The position numbers were made by a program, and so were the translations under genes. DNA of 64,000 nucleotides, taken from an uncultured Prochlorococcus sp. GTDB lineage: Bacteria; Cyanobacteriota; Cyanobacteriia; PCC-6307; Cyanobiaceae. Below the pieces are notes generated by a model. The model did not search any database. It was not told the DNA's origin and worked only from the letters and a program-made list of their open reading frames with translations. Each line of letters begins with the position of its first letter. Within the stretch, counting starts at the first letter, position 1. Of this stretch, positions 1-10,581 are shown one piece after another. The DNA lies in the NCBI GenBank assembly GCA_902525075.1, contig CABZFV010000003.1:23055-87054 (forward strand), read 5' to 3'.

Positions 1-1
1 G

Positions 2-325
2 TTAATTGATAAGGGAATTATTGAAGTTGCTCCTTTGGCATTTATGAGAGGCAGAACCTTAGACAACTCCATTGTTATCCTAGATGAAGCACAAAATACA
101 ACTTGCTCTCAAATGAGAATGTTTTTGACCAGATTAGGAGAGAGATCAAAAATGGTTGTAAATGGAGATATTACACAAATTGATTTAAAAAAAGATCAGG
201 AAAGCGGCCTCATCGAAGCATCGAGAATTTTCTCTGAAACTCAAGGTATAAAATTTTGTTATTTAACTATTGAAGATGTAGTGCGTAATCCTTTAGTTCA
301 GAAAATTATTGAGGCTTATCAATAA
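2..325 (+). CDS. phoH: PhoH family ATPase, C-terminal part (runs off window start)
   Basis: Motifs [29 protein letters not shown]; frame is open back to base 2. Confidence 0.93.
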   Translation, partial: LIDKGIIEVAPLAFMRGRTLDNSIVILDEAQNTTCSQMRMFLTRLGERSKMVVNGDITQIDLKKDQESGLIEASRIFSETQGIKFCYLTIEDVVRNPLVQKIIEAYQ

Positions 326-333
326 ATTTATAA

Positions 334-349
334 CTCTGGTGATCCGTAC
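334..349 (+). promoter_or_regulatory. K-box-like element upstream of yccA
   Basis: CTCTGG-TGAT-CCGTAC versus cyanobacterial K-box GTTCGG-NNAN-CCNNAC; right half and spacer match, left half 3/6. Confidence 0.3.
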
Positions 350-398
350 CCTGAAATTTTAAAAATCAAGTAGAATAAGATCACATTTAATCATAAAA

Positions 399-1136
399 AT
401 GCCAGCAAGTAGTAATTTCAATCAAGCTATTCGTGAAGCACAAACTAGTTCAATTGTTGGACCTAATGTTGTTCAAAAAGCTTTACCTTACGTAGGTGGA
501 GGTATGGTACTAACATCTTTAGGTGTTTTAGCAGGTGTTTCACTCATAGCAACAAACCCTGGACTGTTCCAGCCTCTTTCAATAATTGCTTTAATTGCAG
601 AATTAATTTTGTTTTTTATAGCTACAAGCGCTGCAAATAATGCAAATAATGCAAAAGCTTTGCCGTTACTAACAGGCTTCAGCTTGTTAACTGGATTTAC
701 CTTAAGTGGCATAGTTGCTTTAGCAATAGGAACTATTGGTATTGGTTCGGTTGGAACAGCTGCCTTAGCTACAGGTATAACTTTCGTTATTGCTTCTTAC
801 ACTGGGCAAAGGATGAGTGATAGCGTTGGTCAAGCACTAAGTGGAGTGGTTGGCCTCGGGTTGATAGGACTTCTTATAGCAATGTTTTTCCAACTGATTG
901 GAGGATTCTTTGCTCCAGGAGTTTTTGGAGGTTCAGGACTCGAATTGATAATTGCAGGATTTGGAACTGTCTTATTTGTAGCAATGTCTTTCGTAGATTT
1001 CTATACAATGCCAAGAAGATATAATGATGATCAATATCTTGCAGGAGCTTTAGGCATGTATCTAACTTATATAAACCTTTTTGTTTTTATATTAAGATTA
1101 ATGATTGCACTTCAAGGCGGTGGAAGAAGAGATTAA
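399..1136 (+). CDS. Bax inhibitor-1/YccA family membrane protein
   Basis: About 7 hydrophobic segments; C-terminal ALGMYLTYINLFVFILRL typical of the family; follows phoH. Confidence 0.9.
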   Translation: MPASSNFNQAIREAQTSSIVGPNVVQKALPYVGGGMVLTSLGVLAGVSLIATNPGLFQPLSIIALIAELILFFIATSAANNANNAKALPLLTGFSLLTGFTLSGIVALAIGTIGIGSVGTAALATGITFVIASYTGQRMSDSVGQALSGVVGLGLIGLLIAMFFQLIGGFFAPGVFGGSGLELIIAGFGTVLFVAMSFVDFYTMPRRYNDDQYLAGALGMYLTYINLFVFILRLMIALQGGGRRD

Positions 1137-1160
1137 AAATTACTTGATTTTCTAATTTGT

Positions 1161-1187
1161 AGCGTAGACTTATTTCTACGCTTTTTT
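1161..1187 (+). terminator. Intrinsic terminator between convergent genes
   Basis: Perfect 8-bp stem AGCGTAGA/TCTACGCT, 6-nt loop, T tract. Confidence 0.8.
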
Positions 1188-1713
1188 ATTGGGCTACATC
1201 AAGAATTTGTTTTTTTATAAAATCCTTTTGCTCTGAGTCATATTTTAATGAATTATCAAAACTATTTCCCATAGTATCTAGGTTTCTAAGAACTTGATTG
1301 ACAGACTTTGTAACTGACCTAGTTTCTAGCAGTCTCAAAATAGCTTTACATCTATCTGAAATAATTTCAGATGTTATCTCATATTCATGATTATTATCTC
1401 TTCGATGAAAAATAATTTGAGCGGAACTCATTATTAAATTTTTTACTACTATTTCTGCCACAGCATCCCCACCTTCGTTAAGTTTGTAAATTAGTGAAAA
1501 AGGAAGTTTATCTAACAAAAAACAATCTTTATCAGATAAAGCATACGCAAAAAATCCTCTGATTCCATTTCTTGTTTTAATTAGCTCTGCAATTCTATCT
1601 GCTAAAACCTCCTCGCTGAGTAAGTCTTCACCCCACTCTTTACACCATTGTGCGGATATATTTATTGATTGTGTAAACGATGCTTGTTTTAAATTTATGG
1701 TTTTTTTTTCCAT
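1186..1713 (-). CDS. Conserved cyanobacterial hypothetical protein
   Basis: 175-aa ORF with GIRGFF and VKNLIMSSA motifs, in core context next to era. Confidence 0.75.
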   Translation of the reverse strand: MEKKTINLKQASFTQSINISAQWCKEWGEDLLSEEVLADRIAELIKTRNGIRGFFAYALSDKDCFLLDKLPFSLIYKLNEGGDAVAEIVVKNLIMSSAQIIFHRRDNNHEYEITSEIISDRCKAILRLLETRSVTKSVNQVLRNLDTMGNSFDNSLKYDSEQKDFIKKQILDVAQ

Positions 1714-1751
1714 TTTTGATCAGAATTTTATTATTGATGTATTAAAAGTCT

Positions 1752-2663
1752 TTGACCAATTATAGATCTGGGTTTGTAACTTTACTAGGAAGGCCAAATG
1801 TGGGTAAATCTACTTTAATAAATAAATTGATTGGAGAAAAAATAACAATTACTTCTCCAATAGCGCAAACTACTAGAAAAAAGTTAAAAGGAATACTTAC
1901 TAAAGACAATGGACAAATAATTTTTGTAGATACACCTGGAGTTCATAAACCTCATCATCTACTTGGAGAAATTTTAGTAAAAAATGCAAAATCTGCAATT
2001 AATGGAGTTGATATGGTAATTTTTGTAATTGATTCAAGTGAAGAACCTGGTAGAGGTGATGAATATATATTGAACTTTTTAATCGCAAATAAAACTGATT
2101 TTATTGTTGTATTAAATAAGTGGGATTTGGTTAATAGAGAATTTAGGAATTTACGATTAGATCAATATAGAAGATTTTTTGGAATTAATAGAAACTTTCA
2201 AATTGTAAGTGCTTCTAAAGGAGAAGGATGTTCTGAACTAGTTGATATTGTACTAAATTCTCTTCCTGAGGGACCCAAGCTTTATGGCGAAGAGACGATA
2301 TGTGACCAGCCATTAGATAATTTATTATCTGATTTAGTAAGAGAGCAGGTATTAATAAACACAAGAGAAGAAGTTCCTCATAGTGTTGCAGTAAAGATAG
2401 AAAAGATAGAGGAAATGAAAAGAAAAAATGGCAATAGTTTAACAGCTATTTTGGCCACTATTATTGTTGAAAGATCAACTCAAAAAGGCATTCTTATTGG
2501 AAAGAAAGGTTCAATGTTAAAAATTATTGGTCAGTCAGCAAGATTAAATATGTCAAAATTGATTGATGGTCAAGTTCACTTGGAGTTGTTTGTGAAAGTT
2601 GTTCCAAATTGGAGAAAAAAAGAATCAAGGATAATTGAGTTTGGTTATGAGGAAGACATCTAG
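1752..2663 (+). CDS. era: GTPase Era
   Basis: GRPNVGKS, DTPG, NKWD and a KH domain with GKKG. Confidence 0.97.
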   Translation: MTNYRSGFVTLLGRPNVGKSTLINKLIGEKITITSPIAQTTRKKLKGILTKDNGQIIFVDTPGVHKPHHLLGEILVKNAKSAINGVDMVIFVIDSSEEPGRGDEYILNFLIANKTDFIVVLNKWDLVNREFRNLRLDQYRRFFGINRNFQIVSASKGEGCSELVDIVLNSLPEGPKLYGEETICDQPLDNLLSDLVREQVLINTREEVPHSVAVKIEKIEEMKRKNGNSLTAILATIIVERSTQKGILIGKKGSMLKIIGQSARLNMSKLIDGQVHLELFVKVVPNWRKKESRIIEFGYEEDI

Positions 2664-3446
2664 ATGAGTAGTTTTAATTTTGATGTAATTACATTGTTCC
2701 CTAAAGCTTTTGAATTAATAAATAATTTAGGGGTTATAACAAGAGCTCTAGATAAGAATTTGATCGATGTAAATTTACATGATCTAAGAGAATATGGAGA
2801 AGGTTCCTACAGACAAGTAGACGATAAGCCTTATGGAGGAGGTGCAGGAATGGTATTGAAACCTGAACCTATTTATAAGGCTCATGAATCAATTAGAAAA
2901 TCATCTAAAAGTAAAACTTTGTTAATGACTCCACAAGGTAAAGTCTTAAAGCAAAAGGATCTTGTGAGATGGTCCACTTTGGATCAAATAATAATTATTT
3001 GTGGTCAATATGAAGGTTTTGATGAAAGGATTAGATGTTTAGCTGATGAAGAGATATCAATAGGCGATTATGTACTTTCTGGAGGTGAAATACCTGCCAT
3101 ATCAATAATTAATGGTTTGACTAGACTATTGCCAGGAACTTTAGGTGATCCAGACTCCCTAGTGGACGAAAGTCATAATTCTTCCTTATTGGAGTATCCG
3201 CAATACACTAGGCCATTAATTTTTAAAGAAATGGAAGTACCAAATATTCTTTTAAGTGGTAATCATGAACAGATTAGATTATGGCGTGAGCGAAAAATGC
3301 TAGAAAGAACATTAGATCGTAGAAAAGACTTGATATCTAAGGTGCAATTAAAAAACTTACAAAGTCAAGAAACAGATCAAAAAGTATTAAATCATTTAAT
3401 ATTATTAGAAATTAAAAATAAACTTGAAAATTATCCTGATTGGTAG
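2664..3446 (+). CDS. trmD: tRNA (guanine37-N1)-methyltransferase
   Basis: [42 protein letters not shown]. Confidence 0.97.
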   Translation: MSSFNFDVITLFPKAFELINNLGVITRALDKNLIDVNLHDLREYGEGSYRQVDDKPYGGGAGMVLKPEPIYKAHESIRKSSKSKTLLMTPQGKVLKQKDLVRWSTLDQIIIICGQYEGFDERIRCLADEEISIGDYVLSGGEIPAISIINGLTRLLPGTLGDPDSLVDESHNSSLLEYPQYTRPLIFKEMEVPNILLSGNHEQIRLWRERKMLERTLDRRKDLISKVQLKNLQSQETDQKVLNHLILLEIKNKLENYPDW

Positions 3447-3674
3447 CTTCTTATAAGATGAAAGGTGACTCATAATATTTAGAATTTGATTTAAAAAAAC
3501 ATTTTTTTACTTAATAGAAATTTAGAAAAATTTTATAATTTATTATTTTTGAATAAGTTTTTGATTGAATAATAAAACTTTTAAATGTTTTTCTAAAGGA
3601 ACATAATTTTCATTAAATTAAAAACTATTTTTACAAATAGACCAATTTTTTTATTGATGGAAAGTATATCTGAG

Positions 3675-4463
3675 TTAAGGGTTTTTATAGTTAAAAAGGT
3701 CTAAAACATCCTCATTTTTTTTTTGTAATTCTTTCTCGCAACTTTCAGTCCAAAAAGGCTTTTCTAATTTGTGATCACTAAATTTAAATTTATTTGAAAA
3801 AGAGATGCGTAAATCAAAATTATTTAACCTTTCCTCATATATTCTTGAACCTTCAAAAGTTAATTGATTAAATTGATTAATCTCATTGATAGATTTTGAA
3901 GGATAGATACCAAACACATCATTTAAAACCTTAATAATATGATTTTCATCTGATCTAATATCTTCGTACCGTATCATTGCAAATGAAGCAGATTCATCTG
4001 AATTTAAATAGTTCCTATAAAATTTACCCCATTTATGTATCTCTCTAAATCTACCAATAGCAAAATCTTCGAAGGATACGTTTATTAATTTATTTCTTTC
4101 TTTTAAAAATCTATAAAATGAAGGAATTGTAGTTCTTGGATTTCTAGTCAGGCAAATGATATTTTTCATATATTTTTTATATTCCTTATGGGTTTTATAA
4201 ATTTTTATTGTTCTAGTTTCATCAATCCCCATAACTCCACTTTTTAAATGACGATCATAATCAACAAATTCTCTCATATTTTCATTTAGGAGAAATTGAT
4301 TTATTTTGAAGCCATCTTCTAGTAGTAAATTAATAAAAAGAGATAAATAACTAATTCCACTTTTAGGATACGCACAAGCAAAAAGTGGATTATGGTTTTC
4401 TGCAATACGAAAATCTAATTCATTAATTATTTTCAGTATCGCTTGATTAATTATTTTTTTCAT
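3675..4463 (-). CDS. PAPS-dependent sulfotransferase domain protein
   Basis: 5'-PSB loop YPKSG, KTH, 3'-PB RNPR..S, RYED. Confidence 0.8.
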   Translation of the reverse strand: MKKIINQAILKIINELDFRIAENHNPLFACAYPKSGISYLSLFINLLLEDGFKINQFLLNENMREFVDYDRHLKSGVMGIDETRTIKIYKTHKEYKKYMKNIICLTRNPRTTIPSFYRFLKERNKLINVSFEDFAIGRFREIHKWGKFYRNYLNSDESASFAMIRYEDIRSDENHIIKVLNDVFGIYPSKSINEINQFNQLTFEGSRIYEERLNNFDLRISFSNKFKFSDHKLEKPFWTESCEKELQKKNEDVLDLFNYKNP

Positions 4464-4571
4464 GAGTACATTGTTACAGAATTAATTTTTAGATAATAAT
4501 TCTTTCTACAAATATTATCACCTTGCTTATTAAGTTAGAAAAATGATTTTGATTATTTTTTTATAAAATTC

Positions 4572-4934
4572 TTATCTTGAATTTATTTTCTTATTTATAA
4601 CAGAACCTAAATATGATCCTACAAAAACCGCAAAATAACCAAATAATATAAAAATTAAAATTTCCTTAAAAAAACTAATGTATAGATTTCCTTTTAAATA
4701 GAAAAACAATCTTAGAATCCATGAACTAAAGGTTGTTAAAGAACCCACAAAGCTAAAACCTAAAAACAATTTAAACTTTTCTGATATTGAGACTTTATTT
4801 ACAAAACCTAATGCAAAACACCCTAATAAATTTATCAAAAAAAATTCATCTATTTTCCATCTAATGAGTGAACCTAATATGGCTCCAAATGAAATGATAA
4901 AAAACTTATTTTTAAAAACTTTCTTAATAATCAA
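4572..4934 (-). CDS. crcB: Fluoride channel Fluc/CrcB
   Basis: GAILGSLIRW, NLLGCF, GSLTTFS. Confidence 0.85.
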   Translation of the reverse strand: MIIKKVFKNKFFIISFGAILGSLIRWKIDEFFLINLLGCFALGFVNKVSISEKFKLFLGFSFVGSLTTFSSWILRLFFYLKGNLYISFFKEILIFILFGYFAVFVGSYLGSVINKKINSR

Positions 4935-5317
4935 GTGCTACTTAATAAATATCCCATATAAAGAAAAATTAAACCTAAAAAGATTGATAAAAAAATTAAG
5001 ATTGTTGAATTTTTGAAATTTTTCTTAATTGTAAGTTCATACAAATCATTAATAAAAGTTGAAAAAGTACTTAAACTTCCAATAAATCCTATTAGGAATA
5101 AAAAAGTTAAATTTTGATTATAACTTAAGTTATTACTGGACATAATTGGGATAGATAAACCAAGAATAAACGAAGAAATAAGGTTGGCTAATAAAACTTT
5201 TATTGCTTTATTTTCCCCTAATGATGATATTTTTGTAATTATTAAAAATCTTAAGTTTGCTCCAAGAACAGCTCCGAATGAAATCAAAATTAAGTTTATT
5301 AAATTTTGATTTATCAT
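4931..5317 (-). CDS. crcB: Fluoride channel Fluc/CrcB (second of pair)
   Basis: GAVLGANLRF, ANL, GFIGSLSTFSTF; 4-bp overlap with partner. Confidence 0.88.
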   Translation of the reverse strand: MINQNLINLILISFGAVLGANLRFLIITKISSLGENKAIKVLLANLISSFILGLSIPIMSSNNLSYNQNLTFLFLIGFIGSLSTFSTFINDLYELTIKKNFKNSTILIFLSIFLGLIFLYMGYLLSST

Positions 5318-5717
5318 TTTTAATAAAAAAATATGTGTTAAGTGGATTTATATTTGTTTAAAAAAGAATACGTGACTCTAATAACTTAATATTGCCAATT
5401 AATTAAATAAAGTAAATATTAAAATATTTGGATAATTTTATAATTCCTACAAGTTAAGTTTGTGATTCAAGTATTAACATATCAATTCTTAAGACATGTT
5501 TTTTCATAAATTAGAAAAATTATATTTTGAGACTCAATTTATTTCTATTTTTTAGAGTGGGGGAAAATCCTTACTTATAAATGCAATATTTGGGTATTTT
5601 TTTATTGTTAATTTAATAGCATTAGAAATTAATATTATCGAAAATAAAAAATATAAATCTTTTTTTGCGCAATTTATAACATAATTAAAGAAAGTTTTCT
5701 TTTTTTTAAAAGGTCAT

Positions 5718-6218
5718 ATGACTAAATTCTCTCCAAAATTCCGTATTGGTAATGGATATGATATTCATAGATTAGTTGAGGGAAGAGATTTAATAATTGG
5801 AGGTATAAAATTACATCATCCCGACAAGTTAGGATTGGATGGTCATAGCGATGCTGATGTTTTAAGTCATTCTATAATGGATGGATTATTGGGAGCACTT
5901 TCACTGGGAGACATAGGAAAATATTTTCCACCATCTGATGAAAAATGGAAAAATGCTGATAGCTTATTATTGTTATCAAAAGTAATTGATATGATAAGAC
6001 AAGATGGTTGGGAGATTAATAATATTGATAGTGTTATTGTTGCAGAAAGGCCAAAAATAATGCCACATGTAAGATTAATGAAAAAAAATATTTCTGAGAT
6101 CTTAAACATTGATGAAAATTTAATTGGGATAAAAGCAACTACAAATGAAAAATTGGGACCAGAAGGAAGAGAAGAGGGTATAAGTTGTCATTCTGTTGTA
6201 CTACTGGAGAAGAAATGA
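5718..6218 (+). CDS. ispF: 2-C-methyl-D-erythritol 2,4-cyclodiphosphate synthase
   Basis: [26 protein letters not shown]. Confidence 0.97.
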   Translation: MTKFSPKFRIGNGYDIHRLVEGRDLIIGGIKLHHPDKLGLDGHSDADVLSHSIMDGLLGALSLGDIGKYFPPSDEKWKNADSLLLLSKVIDMIRQDGWEINNIDSVIVAERPKIMPHVRLMKKNISEILNIDENLIGIKATTNEKLGPEGREEGISCHSVVLLEKK

Positions 6219-6661
6219 AATTTAATCTAAATTTGAAAAAAAAATTTCAAAGATTTTGTTTATTATTGATTTGCTTATTATTTTTAATTTTCCAATCTGA
6301 TATGCCCAATTTAAAAGCACTTACTGTGGATAGTTATCAAAGTAAAATGGTCATAGAGGAATTAAGACTTAAAGTGCCTGCCGATGTAAAAGCGGCTTGG
6401 TTAAATGCTGAAAGAGAAATATGGGAGCCGTGGTTATCTTCTCAAGATGGTTTTTTGGGAAGACAATTATTTTGGGATAAAGAAAAAGAAGAAGCTTTAA
6501 TATTAGTAAATTGGGAAAGTAAGAAATTATGGAAGAGTATACCAATATCAGAAGTAAATGTAGTTCAACAAAAATTTGAAAATAATGTTAAAGCTGCTCT
6601 TAATGTAAGCGAAAATCCTTTTGAATTAATTTATGAGGGAGAATTAGATGAGCAAAGATGA
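6215..6661 (+). CDS. Conserved cyanobacterial protein (TIGR03792-like)
   Basis: Signal-like N-terminus, EELRLKVP, W-rich motifs; ATG at 6215 overlaps ispF stop, so preferred over TTG at 6185. Confidence 0.8.
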   Translation: MKFNLNLKKKFQRFCLLLICLLFLIFQSDMPNLKALTVDSYQSKMVIEELRLKVPADVKAAWLNAEREIWEPWLSSQDGFLGRQLFWDKEKEEALILVNWESKKLWKSIPISEVNVVQQKFENNVKAALNVSENPFELIYEGELDEQR

Positions 6662-7314
6662 ATTTTGATATCAATTTTGACTTTCAAAGAAGAGATAGGC
6701 TTGGACTTTTTGAGGCTATTTGGGGTCAAGATAAAAGTATCGACCAATTAGAAAGATTATGTGGAAATGTATTAAGTAAAAATGAGGTTGTTTTCATAAC
6801 TAGGATTAATAGTGAAAAGGCTAATTATCTTTTAGATTTGTATGATGATGCACGATTCTATGAAGAAGCAAATTGCCTAACAATTGGGAAAAATTCAAAT
6901 AAAATAATTACAAATAAAAAAGTTGCCATAATTTCAGGCGGCTCAAGCGATATGGCCGTCACACTTGAAGCACAATTAGCGCTTGAAATTTATGGAGTGA
7001 ATTGTCAATCTTTTATAGATGTTGGAGTAGCAGGACTTCACCGATTAATGAGTCAGTTAGAAGAAATTAATAAATATGATGTATTAATAGTTTGTGCTGG
7101 AATGGAAGGAGCTTTGGCAACAGTTGTGGGTGGATTATTGGCACAACCTATAATCGCAGTACCTATCTCAGTTGGTTATGGCGTTAGCAAGAATGGAGAA
7201 ACTGCTTTAAATAGTATGTTATCAAGTTGTTCTCCAGGTATTGCAGTTATGAATATAGATAATGGTTACGGAGCAGCAATGGCGGCTCTGAGAATTATTA
7301 AAAGTTTTGCCTGA
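6658..7314 (+). CDS. larB: LarB/CpmA-like (PurE fold) protein
   Basis: DVGVAGLHRL, AGMEGAL, PISVGYG, NIDNGYGAA. Confidence 0.9.
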   Translation: MNFDINFDFQRRDRLGLFEAIWGQDKSIDQLERLCGNVLSKNEVVFITRINSEKANYLLDLYDDARFYEEANCLTIGKNSNKIITNKKVAIISGGSSDMAVTLEAQLALEIYGVNCQSFIDVGVAGLHRLMSQLEEINKYDVLIVCAGMEGALATVVGGLLAQPIIAVPISVGYGVSKNGETALNSMLSSCSPGIAVMNIDNGYGAAMAALRIIKSFA

Positions 7315-7318
7315 ATAA

Positions 7319-7450
7319 TTACTTTTTTTCTATTTCTAAAAGGTTTTCTATCCATAAATTAAGTTGTTTTGATAGCATTCCCTCTTCTCTCATTTTGATT
7401 GCCCTTATGACGACTTCAGTATTTACCCACTCTGGAAATCTTTTCGGCAT
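7319..7450 (-). CDS. Small hypothetical protein (43 aa), not in the ORF track
   Basis: Hand translation MPKRFPEWVNTEVVIRAIKMREEGMLSKQLNLWIENLLEIEKK*; fills the gap after larB. Confidence 0.6.
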   Translation of the reverse strand: MPKRFPEWVNTEVVIRAIKMREEGMLSKQLNLWIENLLEIEKK

Positions 7451-7515
7451 TTATTTATATTCAGTATTTTTAATTTGGTACAAAAATTAAAAAAAACAAG
7501 ATCTAAGTAACAAAT

Positions 7516-7683
7516 TTAATCTTTTAGGTTTGATTTTGTACCTAATCTAGAGAGCTCAGATGAGGCATGTTCACTTTCTACATTTTTTAATCTTTCAATT
7601 AACTCAGAGAGATCTTTGTGTGCTAACTCCCCATTTTGTTCCCATTTTAGGGTCCTTGAGTTGTTATCAATTTTTTCTTTCAT
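7516..7683 (-). CDS. Small hypothetical protein (55 aa), not in the ORF track
   Basis: Hand translation MKEKIDNNSRTLKWEQNGELAHKDLSELIERLKNVESEHASSELSRLGTKSNLKD*; co-oriented with thiS. Confidence 0.65.
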   Translation of the reverse strand: MKEKIDNNSRTLKWEQNGELAHKDLSELIERLKNVESEHASSELSRLGTKSNLKD

Positions 7684-7793
7684 TATTTTATATAGATAAC
7701 AAGAATATAAAACGAAAACAGGATAAATTTGGTTATTGTTTCAAGCCTAAACTTAAAAAATTATGAAGATTTTTAATACATGAAGTATTTTTT

Positions 7794-8003
7794 TTAACCG
7801 CCACCAACTATTGAAACAATTTCTAAATTATCACCATCTTTAAGTTTAACTTTTTCCCATTTTATTGAATTAATAATTAAATTATTTAACTCAACTACTA
7901 TTGTGTTTGGTTTATATCCCATTACATTAAGAGCTGTAGATAGTAGTGCATTATCTCGATCAAGTTCTATTTTTTTTTCTTCTCCATTTACTTTAATTTT
8001 CAT
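7794..8003 (-). CDS. thiS: Sulfur carrier protein ThiS
   Basis: Ubiquitin-like size, C-terminal VGGG, overlaps thiE. Confidence 0.95.
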   Translation of the reverse strand: MKIKVNGEEKKIELDRDNALLSTALNVMGYKPNTIVVELNNLIINSIKWEKVKLKDGDNLEIVSIVGGG

Positions 8004-9048
8004 AAGACAACTCTTTTAAAATCATAATAGCGTCTTCTTTGGGATCTTCAGAATTCATTAATTCCGACACTAAAGCAACTTTTTTAAACCCATTTCTTTT
8101 TAAATACGAAATATTATTTGACTTGATTCCTCCGATGGCAAACCAAGGAATATTTAAATCTTTTGTTAATGTTTTGATCTTTTCAATACCTATAGGTTTT
8201 TTATCTTTTTTTGTTGCGGTTTCAAATACTGGCCCTATTCCTATGTAATCACAACCATCCTCAAGAGCATTTGAAATATCAACTTCATTATTTGCGCTTA
8301 TACCAATAATTTTTGAATATCCTAATAATTTTCTTGCCGTTTTTGAGTCTAAATCATCTTGCCCAAGATGAATTCCATCCGCATTTGAGGCTAGAGCTAA
8401 ATCAAGTCTGTCGTTAATTATGAACAAAGAATTATATCTTTTACATAGTCTCTTAATCTGAATTGCTTCTTGAAGATGATCTTTATCAGTTCCTGTTTTA
8501 AACCTATATTGAATAATTCTTACTCCCGCAATTAAAATTTCTTCAATTATTTCTAATAAATTTTCCTTTTGATCTGTGATTACGTATAAGTCATTTTCTT
8601 TTAATATTTCCTCAGACTTTTTAAACTTGCTTAAATTTAGTAAATCGATTTCTATAGTATAAATTTCATATCTAATTTCCGAAGCGATTTTTGAAAGCTC
8701 ATGATTATGTAGCCTTGAGAATTCTTCTATGACTCGTAATGCTTCTTGAACTCGGGCTGAATTAGAACTTAAAATTTGCCTAGAAGTTTTTCTATGGATT
8801 TGTTCTTTGTGCGTCAATCCTTTACATTTGTCCTCAATATAATTTCTAGATTGTTTATAAACTTCTAAATGATTTTTTCCTAAAATTTGTCTTAAATTTT
8901 TAATCTTTCCAACATATTTTTCTTTGCCTAGGCCAAATCTAGCCCAATCCTCTAATACTCTTAGTCCTTCTCTAGCTCTATCTAAATTAGCGTCAATAAT
9001 TTGATAAATTCTTAAATCTTCAGCGTCTTTATTATTGGAATTAGGCAT
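7993..9048 (-). CDS. thiE: Thiamine-phosphate synthase (cyanobacterial long form)
   Basis: DANLDRAREGLRVLED N-domain; QYRFK, INDR, GIHLGQDD; ATG 9048 preferred because it avoids ribF overlap. Confidence 0.95.
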   Translation of the reverse strand: MPNSNNKDAEDLRIYQIIDANLDRAREGLRVLEDWARFGLGKEKYVGKIKNLRQILGKNHLEVYKQSRNYIEDKCKGLTHKEQIHRKTSRQILSSNSARVQEALRVIEEFSRLHNHELSKIASEIRYEIYTIEIDLLNLSKFKKSEEILKENDLYVITDQKENLLEIIEEILIAGVRIIQYRFKTGTDKDHLQEAIQIKRLCKRYNSLFIINDRLDLALASNADGIHLGQDDLDSKTARKLLGYSKIIGISANNEVDISNALEDGCDYIGIGPVFETATKKDKKPIGIEKIKTLTKDLNIPWFAIGGIKSNNISYLKRNGFKKVALVSELMNSEDPKEDAIMILKELSYEN

Positions 9049-9055
9049 TTGTAAT

Positions 9056-9979
9056 TTATTTTTTGTAGTTTTTAAAAATTTCAAGAGCATTATCTCTATC
9101 TTTTTTAATTTGATTAGAAAGTTGATCTATATTTTTAAACTTGATTTGAGATCTAAGTTTTTCAACTGGTTCAACAGATAGATTTAAACCATATAGATCG
9201 ATATCTTTATTTATTAAATGAACTTCAACTGCAGATGGCAATAAAGGATTTATTGTTGGTTGAGAGCCAAGATTCATAATAGATTCAATTTTTTCGTTGG
9301 AATTTTCTATGGTTGTCCAAGATGCATAAACTCCTTCTCCAGGTAAAAATTTTCTGCCATCTATTTCAAGATTTGCGGTAGGCCATCCTATACTTTTTCC
9401 AATTCCTTTACCTTTAACAACCTTTCCATTAAAACTATAAGGCCTATTAAGAATTTTGAAAGCATTTTTCAGATCACTTTTCTCTAATAGATCTCTTATT
9501 CTGCTGCTGCTTATTCTACCTTCATTGTCTTCTAAAATTGGAGTAATTTTTAGTTTAATATCCGTATCCTTAATCATATTTTTTATTGTATTTATGTCTC
9601 CACTTCTTCTGAAGCCAAATTTAAAATTAGCACCTACAGAAATTTTTTTTGCTTGTAGTTGATTTATTAAAATATCTCTTACGAATTTTTCTGCACTTAA
9701 TTTGGATAGTTCCCTATCAAAAGGAATCAAAACTAATTGTTCAATCCCCAAATCTTCAAGAATAGATAATTTTTCATAAGGGAGATCAAGTCTAAGACGC
9801 GTCTCTTTGTAAAGAACTTCTCGGGGATGAGGCCAGAAGCTCGCAATTGTTGGGGTATACTGATTTTCTTCAACTACACTTTTTATTAATTGTCTGTGGC
9901 CAGCATGAAGACCATCAAAACTTCCAATAGCTATTGAGGTAGGACTCTTAACTTCAGATGGCGATATTAAAGAGATCAA
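9056..9979 (-). CDS. ribF: Bifunctional riboflavin kinase/FAD synthetase
   Basis: GSFDGLHAGH, ISSSRIR, GWPTAN, EVH. Confidence 0.96.
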   Translation of the reverse strand: MISLISPSEVKSPTSIAIGSFDGLHAGHRQLIKSVVEENQYTPTIASFWPHPREVLYKETRLRLDLPYEKLSILEDLGIEQLVLIPFDRELSKLSAEKFVRDILINQLQAKKISVGANFKFGFRRSGDINTIKNMIKDTDIKLKITPILEDNEGRISSSRIRDLLEKSDLKNAFKILNRPYSFNGKVVKGKGIGKSIGWPTANLEIDGRKFLPGEGVYASWTTIENSNEKIESIMNLGSQPTINPLLPSAVEVHLINKDIDLYGLNLSVEPVEKLRSQIKFKNIDQLSNQIKKDRDNALEIFKNYKK

Positions 9980-10047
9980 AAGATTACGTGCAATTTTATG
10001 ATTTTAGTGGCAAATTTGAATTGATTACAGTTTATTCAATCAAATGA

Positions 10048-10581
10048 ATGTCTGACAAAATTGATTTTCAGTCCCTTTCATTTGGAATGCGGCGAATTGG
10101 ATGGATACGCTTTTGGGTTCAATCCATTTTAGGTGTTGTTGTTGCAGCTGTTTTACTTTTTTCAAATGTTGTAAATAACAGCGAAGGACAGCTTGGCTTA
10201 GCACCTGGTCTATCACTTACAACAATATCCCTGATTTTACTACTTTTTAGTCTTTGGCAAGGTTGGTTAATAGTTAGAACAGGAAGAGCAATCTCAAGCA
10301 ACGCAAGACCCTCAAGAGGACAAACTGGTAAATTGATAAAACGAGGACTAATAGTTGATTTATTTGGAATTTTGTTTGGATTAATTGGATATCAAGCTCT
10401 TATGGGAGCCTTATTTATACAAGCATCCTCTCAAACAACTGGACAATTGATAACAGCGACATCTGATATCCCAATTACTGGTCTAGAAATATTATCAGTT
10501 CTCAGTAACACTCAAGTAATTGCTGCTCATTTTTTTGGACTTTGCTTTTCTTTATGGCTTTTAAGAAGGATTTACAAATGA
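10048..10581 (+). CDS. DUF3611-like membrane protein
   Basis: [10 protein letters not shown] and NTQVIAAHF motifs. Confidence 0.8.
   Translation: MSDKIDFQSLSFGMRRIGWIRFWVQSILGVVVAAVLLFSNVVNNSEGQLGLAPGLSLTTISLILLLFSLWQGWLIVRTGRAISSNARPSRGQTGKLIKRGLIVDLFGILFGLIGYQALMGALFIQASSQTTGQLITATSDIPITGLEILSVLSNTQVIAAHFFGLCFSLWLLRRIYK

Noticed and set aside
3465-5383. GTGACTC(A)TAATA at both sides of the sulfotransferase-crcB cassette as a target duplication
   Set aside because: Short, imperfect, mostly AT, and not at the cassette ends; compatible with chance
5318-5717. Fluoride riboswitch upstream of crcB
   Set aside because: No GGCGATGG...CGCC-type consensus visible
7560-7766. 68-aa plus-strand ORF
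   Set aside because: Overlaps a more plausible minus-strand 55-aa gene
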